A DNA stretch of 64,000 nucleotides from Vicinamibacterales bacterium (GTDB lineage Bacteria > Acidobacteriota > Vicinamibacteria > Vicinamibacterales > UBA8438). Shown piece after piece: positions 29,976-39,191 of this stretch; position 1 is the stretch's first letter; each line of letters starts with the position of its first letter. The position numbers and the translations under genes were made by a program. A model generated the notes under the pieces. It was not told the DNA's origin and searched no databases. It saw only the letters and a program-made list of their open reading frames with translations. Location of the stretch: contig CAXXTG010000171.1 of NCBI GenBank assembly GCA_963666855.2, positions 3,943 through 67,942 of the forward strand. The letters are read 5' to 3'.

Positions 29976-31454
29976 ATGGCGAAGCGAATCGGGATCGTCG
30001 GAGCCGGCTTCAGCGGGCTGCTGAGCGCGTACCTGCTCGAACGGCGCTTCGGCGGCGCGGTGGAGATCGACGTGTGGGAGGCGGCCGACCGCCCGGGCGG
30101 GCGCGTGCGGACGACGCGGGTGCCCGAGGCCGGCGTGAGCTACGAGGCGGGGGTCGCGGAGCTCTACGACATCGCCGGCAATCCCCAGCTCCGCAACCTG
30201 ATCCGGCACCTGGGCCTGGACACCCGGCCCCTGACGGGGACGCCGCACTTCGTGGTCGACGACCGCGTCCTGCGGGACGACCGCGCGCTCGAGGGGCTGC
30301 TCGGCCGCCGCGGGGTGGACCGCCTGCGCCGGTTCTGGGAGGAGGGCACGGCCTTGCGCCCGCCCGCGGACTACGCCCTCGCCGGGCGCGAGAAGGACAA
30401 CGAGCATCCCTGGCAGCGGCGCACGTTCGAGGACGTGCTCGGCGACATCGACGACCCGCGGACCGCGTGGTTCACCGCGATGCAGTGCCACAGCGACCTC
30501 GCCACCGAGCCGCCCCGCACGAGCGGGCTGTTCGGCATGGACAACCTGCTGATCGACCATCCCGGCTACTGCACCATGTACACCCTGACGGCGGGCAACG
30601 AAGGGCTGACCGCGGCCCTCGCCGCCCGGGTCCGCTCGCCGGTGTCGCTGCGCACCGCCGTCACCTCGGTGACGGTCGGCGGGGACTCGGGGTTGCGGGT
30701 CGCCCTCCGGGGCCCCGACGGCGAACACGGCGACGTCGAGCTCGACGCGCTCGTCGTCACCCTGCCGCCGGCCGGCGTGCGGGCCATCCGCTGGCGCGAC
30801 GACCGCCTGGGGGAAGCGGTCGCCGGCCATCTCCGCCACCACGATCACGGCACCGCGTACCTGCGCGTCACGCTATTGTTCCGCCGCCGGTTCTGGCGCC
30901 GGGAGTTCCCCGAGGACTACTTCGTGAGCGACGCGTTCGGCGGCGTCACCGTCTACGACCAGTCGCCGGACGACGGCTCGGCGGGGGCGGGCGTGCAGAG
31001 CTGGCTCCTCGGCGGCGCGCCGGCCCTGGAGTACGCCGCGAAGCCCGACGCGGAGATCGTCGCCGCGGTCCTCGCGGCCATGCCCGGCGCCGCCCCCGTG
31101 CCCGACGGCCTCCTCGTGCGGGCCTGCGTGGACCGGTGGATGGGCGTCGCGGGCGTCTCCGCCCTCCCCGGCGGGGTCCCCCTGTGGTCCGCGGCGCGGC
31201 GCCACTGTCCGGACCCCCGCCGGCCCGGGCTGCTGTTCATCGGCGATTATCTCTACGACGCGACCCTGTGCGGCGCCCTCGACGCGGTGCAGTACGGCGT
31301 AGCGCGCCTCGACGAGCTGATCGGCGCGAAGACCGGTCCGGCCACGGGCGACACCGCCGGCATCTTCGGCGCCGCGCCCGCGGAGGCGGGCCGCGCGTCG
31401 CCGTCCACTCCGCGATCCGCCTTCTTCCTCGACGAGCGCCTCGCCGCGGGGTAG
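29976..31454 (+). CDS. FAD-dependent amine oxidase family oxidoreductase
   Basis: Rossmann GxGxxG (RIGIVGAGFSGL), GGRV motif, and C-terminal LLFIGDY typical of flavin amine oxidases. ATG 29976 is preceded by GGAG. Confidence 0.8.
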   Translation: MAKRIGIVGAGFSGLLSAYLLERRFGGAVEIDVWEAADRPGGRVRTTRVPEAGVSYEAGVAELYDIAGNPQLRNLIRHLGLDTRPLTGTPHFVVDDRVLRDDRALEGLLGRRGVDRLRRFWEEGTALRPPADYALAGREKDNEHPWQRRTFEDVLGDIDDPRTAWFTAMQCHSDLATEPPRTSGLFGMDNLLIDHPGYCTMYTLTAGNEGLTAALAARVRSPVSLRTAVTSVTVGGDSGLRVALRGPDGEHGDVELDALVVTLPPAGVRAIRWRDDRLGEAVAGHLRHHDHGTAYLRVTLLFRRRFWRREFPEDYFVSDAFGGVTVYDQSPDDGSAGAGVQSWLLGGAPALEYAAKPDAEIVAAVLAAMPGAAPVPDGLLVRACVDRWMGVAGVSALPGGVPLWSAARRHCPDPRRPGLLFIGDYLYDATLCGALDAVQYGVARLDELIGAKTGPATGDTAGIFGAAPAEAGRASPSTPRSAFFLDERLAAG

Positions 31455-31719
31455 CACGTGAGCTTGGGTGTAACGTGTTGCAGGAAGCGGTGACCGGTGG
31501 GGTCGCGTGGGCGCCTGAGCCCCCTCCGAACGCACAACCAGCAGGCTGGCGCCGCAGCGAAGGGGCTTTGAAAGGTCAGCGAGACAATTGTGTAGCACGG
31601 GCAGGGCCGGAGCCGGCAGCTCCCCATGAACTCCCGGGTGCCGGGCTACAGCGTCGCGGGGGGCGCAGCGCCCGCCCGCGATGCCGGTGCGACCCGCGGC
31701 CCCGCGCACGGGGTGATCA

Positions 31720-32841
31720 TCACGCGGCCGGCTCCTGCAAGGTGAGACAGTGCAGCGTGCCCAGGCCGAGGACCAGATCGACGGCGTGGACGCCCACCAC
31801 TTCGCGGTCGGGGAACAGCTCGGCCAGCCGGCCGAGGGCAACGCGGTCGGCCGGATCGTTGAAGGTCGGGACGAGGACCACGCCGTTGGCGACGTAGAAG
31901 TTCAGATAGCTGGCGGGCAGCCGCCGGCCGTCGAACCGGAGCGGCCGGGGCATCGGCAGGGGCGCCACCGTGAGGGGGCGGCCGGCCACGCGGGCCGCCC
32001 GCAGACGGCGGAGATTGTCGGCCAGGGGCGCGTGGTTCTCGTCGGCCGGGTCCGGCTCCTCGGCGGCGGCCACGGTGGCGGGGCCGACGAACCGCGCGAC
32101 GTCGTCCACGTGGCCGTGGGTGTCGTCGCCGGCGATCCCGCGCCCCAGCCAGACGACGGTGTCGATGCCGAGATACGTCCCGAGCGCCCGCTCGACGTCC
32201 CCGCGGTCCATGCCGGGGTTCCTCGGCTGCACCACCGGGTCGAGGAGGCACTCCTCGGTCGCCAGCGCGGCCCCGGCCCCGTTGACGTCGATGCTCCCGC
32301 CTTCGAGGACCATCGTCCGGCCCCGGCCGCCGGGGCGCGGGACGACGCGGCTCACCCGTCCGGCGGCGGCGATGCGGCGCGGCAACCGGTCGTCGTCGGC
32401 CCAGTCGTCGTACTTGGCCCAGCCGTTGAAGCGCCAGTCCACCAGGGCCACCTCGGCCGGCCCTTCGGCGGCGGCGCGCCGCACGAACGTGCCGCCCGAG
32501 TCGCGGACCCAGCCGCGGTTCGTGGGGAACCGGTGGACCCCCACGCGGCCCGCATCGACGCCGGCGCGGGCCAGACGCCCGATGGCCCGCCGCTCGGCGC
32601 CCGCGCCGGGAAACACGATCTCGACGCGCTCGACGGCCGCGAGCCGGCGCACGATCTCGACGTAGCACCACCGGACCGCCTCGATCTTGCCCGGCCAGTC
32701 TGAACGGTTGTGGGGCCACGCGATCCAGGTCGCGCGGTGGGGCTCCCACTCCGCCGGCATGACGTACCGGGCCTCCTCGGGTCGAGCCTCCGGGGCCGGC
32801 GGAGAGGCGGGGCCGCGGTCAGGCAAGCGGGTCGACGACAT
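31720..32841 (-). CDS. aguA: Agmatine deiminase
   Basis: MPAEWEPHRATWIAWPH, GGSIDVNG, and catalytic-Cys end GTLHCLT (PAD_porph family). Confidence 0.9.
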   Translation of the reverse strand: MSSTRLPDRGPASPPAPEARPEEARYVMPAEWEPHRATWIAWPHNRSDWPGKIEAVRWCYVEIVRRLAAVERVEIVFPGAGAERRAIGRLARAGVDAGRVGVHRFPTNRGWVRDSGGTFVRRAAAEGPAEVALVDWRFNGWAKYDDWADDDRLPRRIAAAGRVSRVVPRPGGRGRTMVLEGGSIDVNGAGAALATEECLLDPVVQPRNPGMDRGDVERALGTYLGIDTVVWLGRGIAGDDTHGHVDDVARFVGPATVAAAEEPDPADENHAPLADNLRRLRAARVAGRPLTVAPLPMPRPLRFDGRRLPASYLNFYVANGVVLVPTFNDPADRVALGRLAELFPDREVVGVHAVDLVLGLGTLHCLTLQEPAA

Positions 32842-33012
32842 TCTGGTTGTTGCCGTGAAATAGACGGTGGCGAAGCTTCAGGCGCCCGACACGACGGGGG
32901 GGCGCAGGGAGCGGCGGTTCATGCGCTACACGGCGACGCCCGCTCTTGAGACCGCCCCATGCGGCCTCGACGGCGTAGCGCGCGCGATTGCCGGCCGCAT
33001 TCGCCGCCCGCC

Positions 33013-33945
33013 CTACTTGTCGCCGGTCGCAATCGAGGCCTCGCCGCCGGGCCCCCCGTCGAGCAGCCGGGCGGTCAGCCCCGCGTAGCTGTCGACGCGG
33101 CGGTCGCGCAGGAACGGCCAGCCCCGCCGCTGCCGCTCGATGGCCCCGCCGTCGCACTCCGCCAGCACCACCTCGTCACGGTCCATGGATCCTTCGGCCA
33201 GGAGCCGCCCGGCCGGATCGCACACGAACGACCCGCCCCAGAACGTCAGCCCGCCGCCGGGCGGCCCCTCGTGCCCCACCCGGTTGACGGCGGCGACGAA
33301 GACGCCGTTGGCGATGGCGTGGGCCCGCTGGACGGTGCGCCACGCGTCGTGCTGGGCCGCGCCTTCCGCGTCCCGCTCGCCCGGGTGCCAGCCGATGGCG
33401 CTCGGATAGACGATCAGGTCCGCGCCGGCCAGCGCGCTCAGGCGCGCGGCCTCGGGAAACCACTGGTCCCAGCAGATCAGGGGGCCGATGCGCGCGAACC
33501 GGGTCCGGAACACCGGATAACCGAGGTCGCCGGGCGTGAAGTAGAACTTCTCGTAGTAGAGGGGGTCGTCGGGCACGTGGGTCTTGCGGTAGCGGCCCAG
33601 CAGGGTCCCGTCGGCGTCGATGACCGCGACCGAGTTGTGGTAGACGCCGGCCGCGCGGCGCTCGAACACCGGGACCACCAGCACGACGCCGAGCTCGGCG
33701 GCGAGGTCGGCGCAGCGGACGGTGGTGGGACCCGGCACCGGCTCGGCGAGATCGAAGTGGGCGGGGTCCTCCCGCCGGCAGAAGTAGCGGCAGTTGAAGA
33801 GCTCCTGCAGGCAGACGATCCGGGCGCCCCGCGCCGCCGCCCGACGGACCAGGTCGACCGCGGTCGCGACGTTGGCGGCCGCGGAGTCGCCGCAGGCCAT
33901 CTGCACGAGGCCGACCGTGAACCGGGGGGGCGCTTCTGTGGACAT
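33013..33945 (-). CDS. aguB: N-carbamoylputrescine amidase (carbon-nitrogen hydrolase)
   Basis: Nitrilase-superfamily E-K-C triad context (CLQELF, YRKTHVP, LICWDQWFPE). 310 aa from ATG 33945. Adjacent to aguA. Confidence 0.88.
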   Translation of the reverse strand: MSTEAPPRFTVGLVQMACGDSAAANVATAVDLVRRAAARGARIVCLQELFNCRYFCRREDPAHFDLAEPVPGPTTVRCADLAAELGVVLVVPVFERRAAGVYHNSVAVIDADGTLLGRYRKTHVPDDPLYYEKFYFTPGDLGYPVFRTRFARIGPLICWDQWFPEAARLSALAGADLIVYPSAIGWHPGERDAEGAAQHDAWRTVQRAHAIANGVFVAAVNRVGHEGPPGGGLTFWGGSFVCDPAGRLLAEGSMDRDEVVLAECDGGAIERQRRGWPFLRDRRVDSYAGLTARLLDGGPGGEASIATGDK

Positions 33946-34032
33946 CGGCCATGCCCGAGCGGCGGGGCGGCGTACGGACGGGCCGCTCAGAACGTATCGG
34001 GGGTACGGGGGCGCCGCTTCCGGGCCGCGGGC

Positions 34033-34212
34033 TGCGGGGGCGCCCGGCGCGATGCAGTGCGGGGGCGCCCGGCGCGATGCAGTGCGGGGGCGCCCGGCGC
34101 GATGCAAGACGCCGGCGAAGCCGCCAAGCGCTCGGCGCCATGCAAGGCGCCCGCAAAGCCGCCGGGGCGCTCGGCGCGATGCGGGGCTCCGGCAAAGCCC
34201 CCGGGGTGCCGC
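34033..34212. repeat. Intergenic tandem repeat array: 3 x 25 bp followed by 3 x 37-40 bp
   Basis: TGCGGGGGCGCCCGGCGCGATGCAG at 34033, 34058 and 34083, identical except for the last base of copy 3. Degenerate units GCGC(G/C)ATGC..(C)GGC(G/A)AAGCC.C..GGG follow at 34097, 34134 and 34173. Confidence 0.9.
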
Positions 34213-34289
34213 GCGGCCAAGAAGTCCGCCCGCGCCTCCGCTCACCGCCCGCCCTCCGGCGGTTCGCCCCGTTCCGGCGCCGCGGAAGA

Positions 34290-35054
34290 CTACCCTTCGA
34301 TCCGCAGCACCTGCAGCTCGCGCTCGGCGTTCGGGAAGTAGAGCGACGTCGGGAACTCGTCCATGATGCGCTGGAACGCGGCCCGGGCCTCGTCGGACCG
34401 GCCGGCCAGCCGGTAGGCGCGCCCCAGCTCCATCAGGACCCCGTCGATCGGCAGCGACGCGTCGGCGGTCGAGATCGACGACGGCTCGAGCAGGGCGATC
34501 GCCTCGTCGTAGGAGCCGCGCGACATCTGCGCGCTCGCCAGCCCCAGGGTGGCCATGCGGCCGTAGACGCCGCCCTCGTCGCCGTCGATCACCCGCCGGT
34601 ACTGCTCCGCCGCCTCGTCGTGACGGCCGAGCGCGGCCAGGGCCGCGGCGGCCCGGTAACGGGCGGTGATGCCCGACGGCGTGCCCGGATACGCATCGGC
34701 CGCTTCGAGCAGCATCGGCAGCGACGCCGACATCTTGGCCTCGATCGTGGGATACGAACCGGGCGGCTGCGCGAAGGGAGGCTCCGCCGTCGCCGGGTCC
34801 TCTTCCCCGGCATCGGCCGGCGGCGGCACGACCGGCGCGTCCGCGACGACCAGGGCCTCGGCGAGCAGCGCCCCCGCCGTCGCCTCCGCCCGCTCCGACC
34901 ACCACGTGTAGCCGCCGAACGCCACGACCCCGGCCAGCGCGACGCCCGCGGCGATCGCGAACCCCGTCCCCCAGTTCTCGGCCCGGTCCTGGATCCGGGC
35001 CATCGCCACCGCGAAGGCGTTCTCCTTCAGATGATGCCGTTCACTCCGCTTCAT
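34290..35054 (-). CDS. Membrane-anchored tetratricopeptide repeat protein (YfgM-like)
   Basis: N-terminal HHLKENAF + TM helix (FAIAAGVALAGVVAFGGY), then TPR-like helices (AAALAALGRHDEAAEQYRRVI, MELGRAYRLAGRSDEARAAFQRI). Confidence 0.75.
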   Translation of the reverse strand: MKRSERHHLKENAFAVAMARIQDRAENWGTGFAIAAGVALAGVVAFGGYTWWSERAEATAGALLAEALVVADAPVVPPPADAGEEDPATAEPPFAQPPGSYPTIEAKMSASLPMLLEAADAYPGTPSGITARYRAAAALAALGRHDEAAEQYRRVIDGDEGGVYGRMATLGLASAQMSRGSYDEAIALLEPSSISTADASLPIDGVLMELGRAYRLAGRSDEARAAFQRIMDEFPTSLYFPNAERELQVLRIEG

Positions 35055-35321
35055 TCGTGTCTTCCCTGCCTGTTTCCCGGCACTTACCCGGCGCTTGCGC
35101 CTCGATCATCGTCGAGAGTGTATCAGAGACCCGCCTCCGGCGATGGTTCGGATTGGCGCGGCCTCGTGGGTGGGATGGCCGCGAGCCCGGTGGTGCACCG
35201 ACGGCACTACCACCCGCTCACGAAGGCGCCGCGGGTTGCGCCGGGTCGCGGTCTAGTGGTGTAGGCCGGGGGCGTTGATGTGCGCGTGATGGCCCGTCTC
35301 GAGGGTGGTCACCCTCGCCGG

Positions 35322-35417
35322 TCAGCTCGTCGAAGCGCCTCTGCACCGGTGTCCCATGATGGCCGCGTACAGCGCGCACGCCAGCGTCAGCAACTCAACG
35401 AGGTTCACGTCCAGCAT
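35322..35417 (-). CDS. Possible 31-aa hydrophobic peptide (unsupported by homology)
   Basis: ATG 35417 is preceded by GGATGGAG. The product is MLDVNLVELLTLACALYAAIMGHRCRGASTS. It lies in a lower-GC stretch next to tRNA-Arg and is too short for the ORF track. Confidence 0.2.
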   Translation of the reverse strand: MLDVNLVELLTLACALYAAIMGHRCRGASTS

Positions 35418-35453
35418 GTCTCCATCCTAACAGGAAATCGGCGATCCGGGGAT

Positions 35454-35530
35454 TGGCGCGCGTGCCTGGATTCGAACCAGGGGCCTACCGCTTAGGAGGC
35501 GGTCGCTCTATCCGACTGAGCTACACGCGC
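35454..35530 (-). tRNA. tRNA-Arg (anticodon CCU), CCA encoded
   Basis: The reverse complement reads GCGCGUGUAGCUCAGUCGGAUAGAGCGACCGCCUCCUAAGCGGUAGGCCCCUGGUUCGAAUCCAGGCACGCGCGCCA. Cloverleaf arms pair, and the anticodon loop is CUCCUAA. Confidence 0.93.
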
Positions 35531-35639
35531 GTGTCGGGTGACGCCCCAGTTTAGCAGAGGCGCGAAGGCATCGGGCGGCGGGAATGTCGGAACGGGAGGC
35601 GCGCGTGGATCGGGCCGGCGATCGGCCGCCGCGCCGCGA

Positions 35640-35870
35640 TCACAGGTTCCACGGCAACATCGGCTTCAGCGGGTATCCCGACTCGTCGAGCAGCCAAGCC
35701 GGCCGGCGGTGGGACACCGCGGCCGAGCGGGTCAGGTCGATGGCCCCGGCCAGCGACTCGCGCTCCCCCACGGTGATCCCGCCGACCCGCACCACCCAGC
35801 TCCCGGGGCGGTCCGGCCGCGGCCGGTGGGAACAGATGACGTCGTGGGCTTCGTCCGGAGGCTGCAGCAT
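35640..35870 (-). CDS. Hypothetical protein (76 aa)
   Basis: Third-position GC is almost 100% across the ORF. The sequence is non-repetitive (MLQPPDEAHDVICSHRP...WVVRVGGITVGERESLAGAIDLTR...). The start is uncertain (ATG 35870 or TTG 35903). Confidence 0.45.
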   Translation of the reverse strand: MLQPPDEAHDVICSHRPRPDRPGSWVVRVGGITVGERESLAGAIDLTRSAAVSHRRPAWLLDESGYPLKPMLPWNL

Positions 35871-35984
35871 GTACCGCTTTTCGGCCGACCCGCACCGCAG
35901 CAACAGCCCCCGCGCCCCGCCGAGGACACCCGGCTACGGTGCGCGCTCCGGCGCGGCCGCCGCCTCCGCCCGCCCGCGGCCGGC

Positions 35985-37331
35985 TCACACCGCCCCGTAG
36001 GCGAGCATGGCGTCGGCGACCTTGACGAAGCCGGCGACGTTGGCGCCGCGGACGTAGTCCACGCCGCCCTTGCCGTCGTCACCGTACGCGCGGCACTTCT
36101 CGTGGATCTCCGCCATGATGGTCCGCAGCCGCTCGTGGACCTCCTCGCGCGACCAGCTCATGCGCAGCGCGTTCTGGCTCTGCTCGAGCCCGGACACCGC
36201 CACCCCCCCGGCGTTGGCGGCCTTGGCGGGGCCGAAGAGGACCCCGGCCGCGAGGAAGCGCCCGGTCGCGTCGAGGCTGCACGGCATGTTGGCGCCCTCG
36301 CCGACGGCCCGGACGCCGTTGGCGATCAGGGTCTCGGCGTCGTCGGCGTCCAGCTCGTTCTGGGTCGCGCACGGCAGCGCGACGTCGCAGGGCACCCCCC
36401 AGGGCCGGTCGCCGGCGTGGTAGGCGCAGCCGAAGCGGTCCGCGTACTCGGAGATGCGTCCCCGCCGGACCTCCTTCAGGTCCTTGACGAACGCCAGCTT
36501 CTCGGCGTCGACGCCGTCGGGGTCGTGCACGAACCCGCCGGAATCGGACAGGGTCACGACCTTCGCGCCGAGGTCGACGGCCTTCTCGGCCGCGTAAATC
36601 GCCACGTTGCCCGAACCGCTCACGGCGCAGGTCCGGCCCGCGAACTCCTCGCCGCGCCGCTTGAGCATGTTCTCGACGAAGTACACGCAGCCGTAGCCGG
36701 TCGCCTCCGTGCGGATGAGGCTGCCCCCGAAGGCGACCCCCTTGCCGGTGAGGGTGCCGGCGAAGCGGTTGTTGATGCGCTTGTACTGGCCGAAGAGGTA
36801 GGAGATCTCCCGCGCCCCGACCCCGATGTCGCCGGCCGGCACGTCGACGTCCTCGCCGATGTGGCGGGCGAGTTCGGTCATCATCGAGTGGCAGAAGCGC
36901 ATCACCTCGGCGTCGCTCTTCCCCCTGGGGTTGAAGTCGGCGCCGCCCTTCGCCCCGCCCATCGGCAGCCCCGTCAGGCTGTTCTTGAACGTCTGCTCGA
37001 AGCCGAGGAACTTCAGCACCGACAGGGTCACGTCGCGGTGGAAGCGCAGCCCGCCCTTGTAGGGGCCGATGGCGTTGTTGAACTGCACGCGGTAGGCGCG
37101 GTTGGTGCGGACGCGGTTGCGGTCGTCGAGCCAGCAGACGCGGAAGACGATGATGCGGTCGGGCTCGGTCACGCGCTCGAGAATGCCGCCCTCGGCGTAC
37201 CCGGGGTGGTCGCGCATGAAGGGGATGAGCGAGCCCATGACCTCCTTCACCGCCTGGTGGAACTCGGGCTCGCCGGGGTTGCGGCGAATCAGGCCGCGCA
37301 TGAAGCCGTCGAGATCCAGGTCAGCCATCAC
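35985..37331 (-). CDS. gdhA: NADP-specific glutamate dehydrogenase
   Basis: EPEFHQAVKEV, catalytic GGAKGG, and dinucleotide fold SGSGNVA. The start is GTG 37331 or the adjacent ATG 37328. Confidence 0.95.
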   Translation of the reverse strand: MMADLDLDGFMRGLIRRNPGEPEFHQAVKEVMGSLIPFMRDHPGYAEGGILERVTEPDRIIVFRVCWLDDRNRVRTNRAYRVQFNNAIGPYKGGLRFHRDVTLSVLKFLGFEQTFKNSLTGLPMGGAKGGADFNPRGKSDAEVMRFCHSMMTELARHIGEDVDVPAGDIGVGAREISYLFGQYKRINNRFAGTLTGKGVAFGGSLIRTEATGYGCVYFVENMLKRRGEEFAGRTCAVSGSGNVAIYAAEKAVDLGAKVVTLSDSGGFVHDPDGVDAEKLAFVKDLKEVRRGRISEYADRFGCAYHAGDRPWGVPCDVALPCATQNELDADDAETLIANGVRAVGEGANMPCSLDATGRFLAAGVLFGPAKAANAGGVAVSGLEQSQNALRMSWSREEVHERLRTIMAEIHEKCRAYGDDGKGGVDYVRGANVAGFVKVADAMLAYGAV

Positions 37332-37355
37332 GCCCCCCTCTTCATCCGAGCCGGA

Positions 37356-37895
37356 TCAGCGGGATGAACGCGCGTCGGCCGCGGGCTCCTCCTCGGACAG
37401 CTCCTTCAGCGCCCGCGACACGCGCACGTACTCTTCGTACCGGCGCTGGTACTGTTCGAGCTTCTCCCGCTCCAGGGCCTCGAGGCGCGCCCGCAGCGGC
37501 GGCGCGGCTTCTTCCGCGGCTCGTTCCAGCTCCCCCTCGACGGCCTCGCGCCGGGCGCGGTGCTCCGCGTCCTGGCGCCGCTCCCAATCGAGCCAGTCGG
37601 TGCTCCAGCGGGCGTGCGCCGCCTCGAGCTCCGGCTGACCGAACGGAAACCGGCGCCGCGCCTCCCCGTCCAGGACCATGAACGCCTGCGGAAAGGCCCG
37701 CCGGGCCGCGAGGGCGACCGGATACCACGCCAGCAGGACGCGCGGGTCCGCGCGGGCCCGTTCGGACGCGGGGCCGAACGTCGCGAGCAGCCCGAGTAGT
37801 TGCGCGTCCCGCCGCCGCGCCCCCAGGGCGTTGCCGACAAGGATTGCGCCCACCCCGATGGTTGCCGCGACCGCCAACAGCGCCAGCTCGACCAT
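37356..37895 (-). CDS. Hypothetical membrane-anchored coiled-coil protein
   Basis: N-terminal TM helix (LALLAVAATIGVGAILVG), then a charged helical region (EALEREKLEQYQRRYEEYVRVSRALKEL). Good coding composition, no recognised family. Confidence 0.6.
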   Translation of the reverse strand: MVELALLAVAATIGVGAILVGNALGARRRDAQLLGLLATFGPASERARADPRVLLAWYPVALAARRAFPQAFMVLDGEARRRFPFGQPELEAAHARWSTDWLDWERRQDAEHRARREAVEGELERAAEEAAPPLRARLEALEREKLEQYQRRYEEYVRVSRALKELSEEEPAADARSSR

Positions 37896-37909
37896 GGTCG
37901 GCTCGAGAA

Positions 37910-38425
37910 TCAGTACTGGAGGCCGACGAAGATCGGCGTGTCCCCCAGCCGCTTGCGGCCGTCGAGGAACGTCAGCTCGACGAGGAACGCGATGCCCACC
38001 ACTTCCCCGCCGGTCTTCTTCACCAGGTCGAGGGCCGCGCCGGCGGTGCCTCCGGTCGCGAGCAGGTCGTCGACGATGAGCACGCGCTGGCCCGCCTCGA
38101 TGCCGTCCTCGTGGATCTCGAGGGCGTCGGACCCGTACTCAAGCTCGTAGGTCTGGCGGACGGCGGGCGCCGGCAGCTTCCCCGGCTTGCGGGCGGGGAC
38201 GAAACCGGCGCGCAGCCGGTCGGCGACCGCCGCCCCCAGGATGAAGCCGCGGCTCTCGATGCCCACCACCAGTTCGACGCGCTCGTCGCGGAACGGCTCG
38301 GCCAGACCCTCGACGGCGTCCGAGAGGCCGGCGGGATCCTTGAGCAGGGTCGTGATGTCGCAGAAGTTGATGCCCGGCTTCGGAAAGTCCGGGACGTGCC
38401 GGAGCTTCGATTTCAGATGTTCCAT
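37910..38425 (-). CDS. apt: Adenine phosphoribosyltransferase
   Basis: VPDFPKPGINFCDIT and the PRPP loop VLIVDDLLATGGTA. 171 aa from ATG 38425. Confidence 0.94.
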   Translation of the reverse strand: MEHLKSKLRHVPDFPKPGINFCDITTLLKDPAGLSDAVEGLAEPFRDERVELVVGIESRGFILGAAVADRLRAGFVPARKPGKLPAPAVRQTYELEYGSDALEIHEDGIEAGQRVLIVDDLLATGGTAGAALDLVKKTGGEVVGIAFLVELTFLDGRKRLGDTPIFVGLQY

Positions 38426-38520
38426 GTGCGCTTCCGTTTCCTCGCCGGCGGCGTCCGGGACCGCGCCCGCGGACGACCTCGCCGCCGGGGTCCCCGGTTT
38501 CCGGTCGCCGGGCCGCCGCG

Positions 38521-38799
38521 CTATGCCTGCTCGATGCGGAAACCCGGCACCGCCACGCGCGGCGTCATCTCGGTCACCGCGACGGCGTCGACGCGCCCAG
38601 CCGGCGGGCCCTGCCGGAGCGCCCGCTCGAACCGCTGCATCGCCTCCTCGTCGCCTTGGGCTTCGACCTCGACCCTGCCGTCGGCGAGGTTCCGGACGAA
38701 TCCGCCGAGGCCGTCCCGGGCGGCGGCGTCGCGCGCATGGAACCGGTACCCGACGCCCTGGACGCGCCCTGAAACCGCGAAGCGCCTCGCGACGATCAC
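38521..38799 (-). CDS. acyP: Acylphosphatase
   Basis: VSGRVQGVGYRFH and GFVRNLADGRVEV motifs. GTG start behind GGAGG. Confidence 0.9.
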   Translation of the reverse strand: MIVARRFAVSGRVQGVGYRFHARDAAARDGLGGFVRNLADGRVEVEAQGDEEAMQRFERALRQGPPAGRVDAVAVTEMTPRVAVPGFRIEQA

Positions 38800-39104
38800 C
38801 CCACCTCCACCTCACCGGCGGGATTCCCGGTCCCCGGTCCGCTCCCGGGGACCCCAGGTCGGCGCGGCCCGCCGCACCCGTCGTCGTCGGCGCGCGCCCG
38901 GCCGGCCCGTGCGCCCGCCGACGCACGGCAGCGCGCGATTATATCCGAACCCCGGAAGTGCGGAACGTCTCGCGCCTCTGGCTGCGAGTTACCGGGCGGC
39001 GGGCTGGAGGTGCGTGGGGCGAACGATGGATCGGCCGCCCGGGGCGCGGGCGATAGCTTCTTTGCGGGGGTTCGACGGGAAGCGAACCGACGACGTTGGA
39101 AGGA

Positions 39105-39181
<77 letters not shown>

Positions 39182-39191
39182 ACACAAGTTT

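Noticed and set aside
31455-31719. A firm call of SRP (4.5S) RNA, 6S RNA or a cobalamin riboswitch.
   Set aside because: The SRP domain IV consensus (GGAA tetraloop flanked by the CAGG/AGCA loops) is not reproduced: the sequence here is GCCGGAGCCGGC. The 6S-like resemblance is only a few short words. The B12-box-like GGTCAGCGAGAC has an extra base, and no gene lies downstream for a riboswitch to regulate. It is kept only as an unassigned candidate.
34033-34212. A CRISPR array as the explanation for the tandem repeats.
   Set aside because: The units are directly adjacent with no unique spacers. The unit lengths (25 and 37-40 bp, without interspacing) do not fit, and there are no cas genes in the window.
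37425-37465. A second LexA-box-like site, GTACCGGCGCTGGTACT, inside the 37356..37895 gene.
   Set aside because: The spacing is N8 rather than N7, and the flanking A/T of the half-sites is missing. It lies in coding sequence where the GTAC words arise from Tyr/Val codons (QYQRRYEEYVRV).
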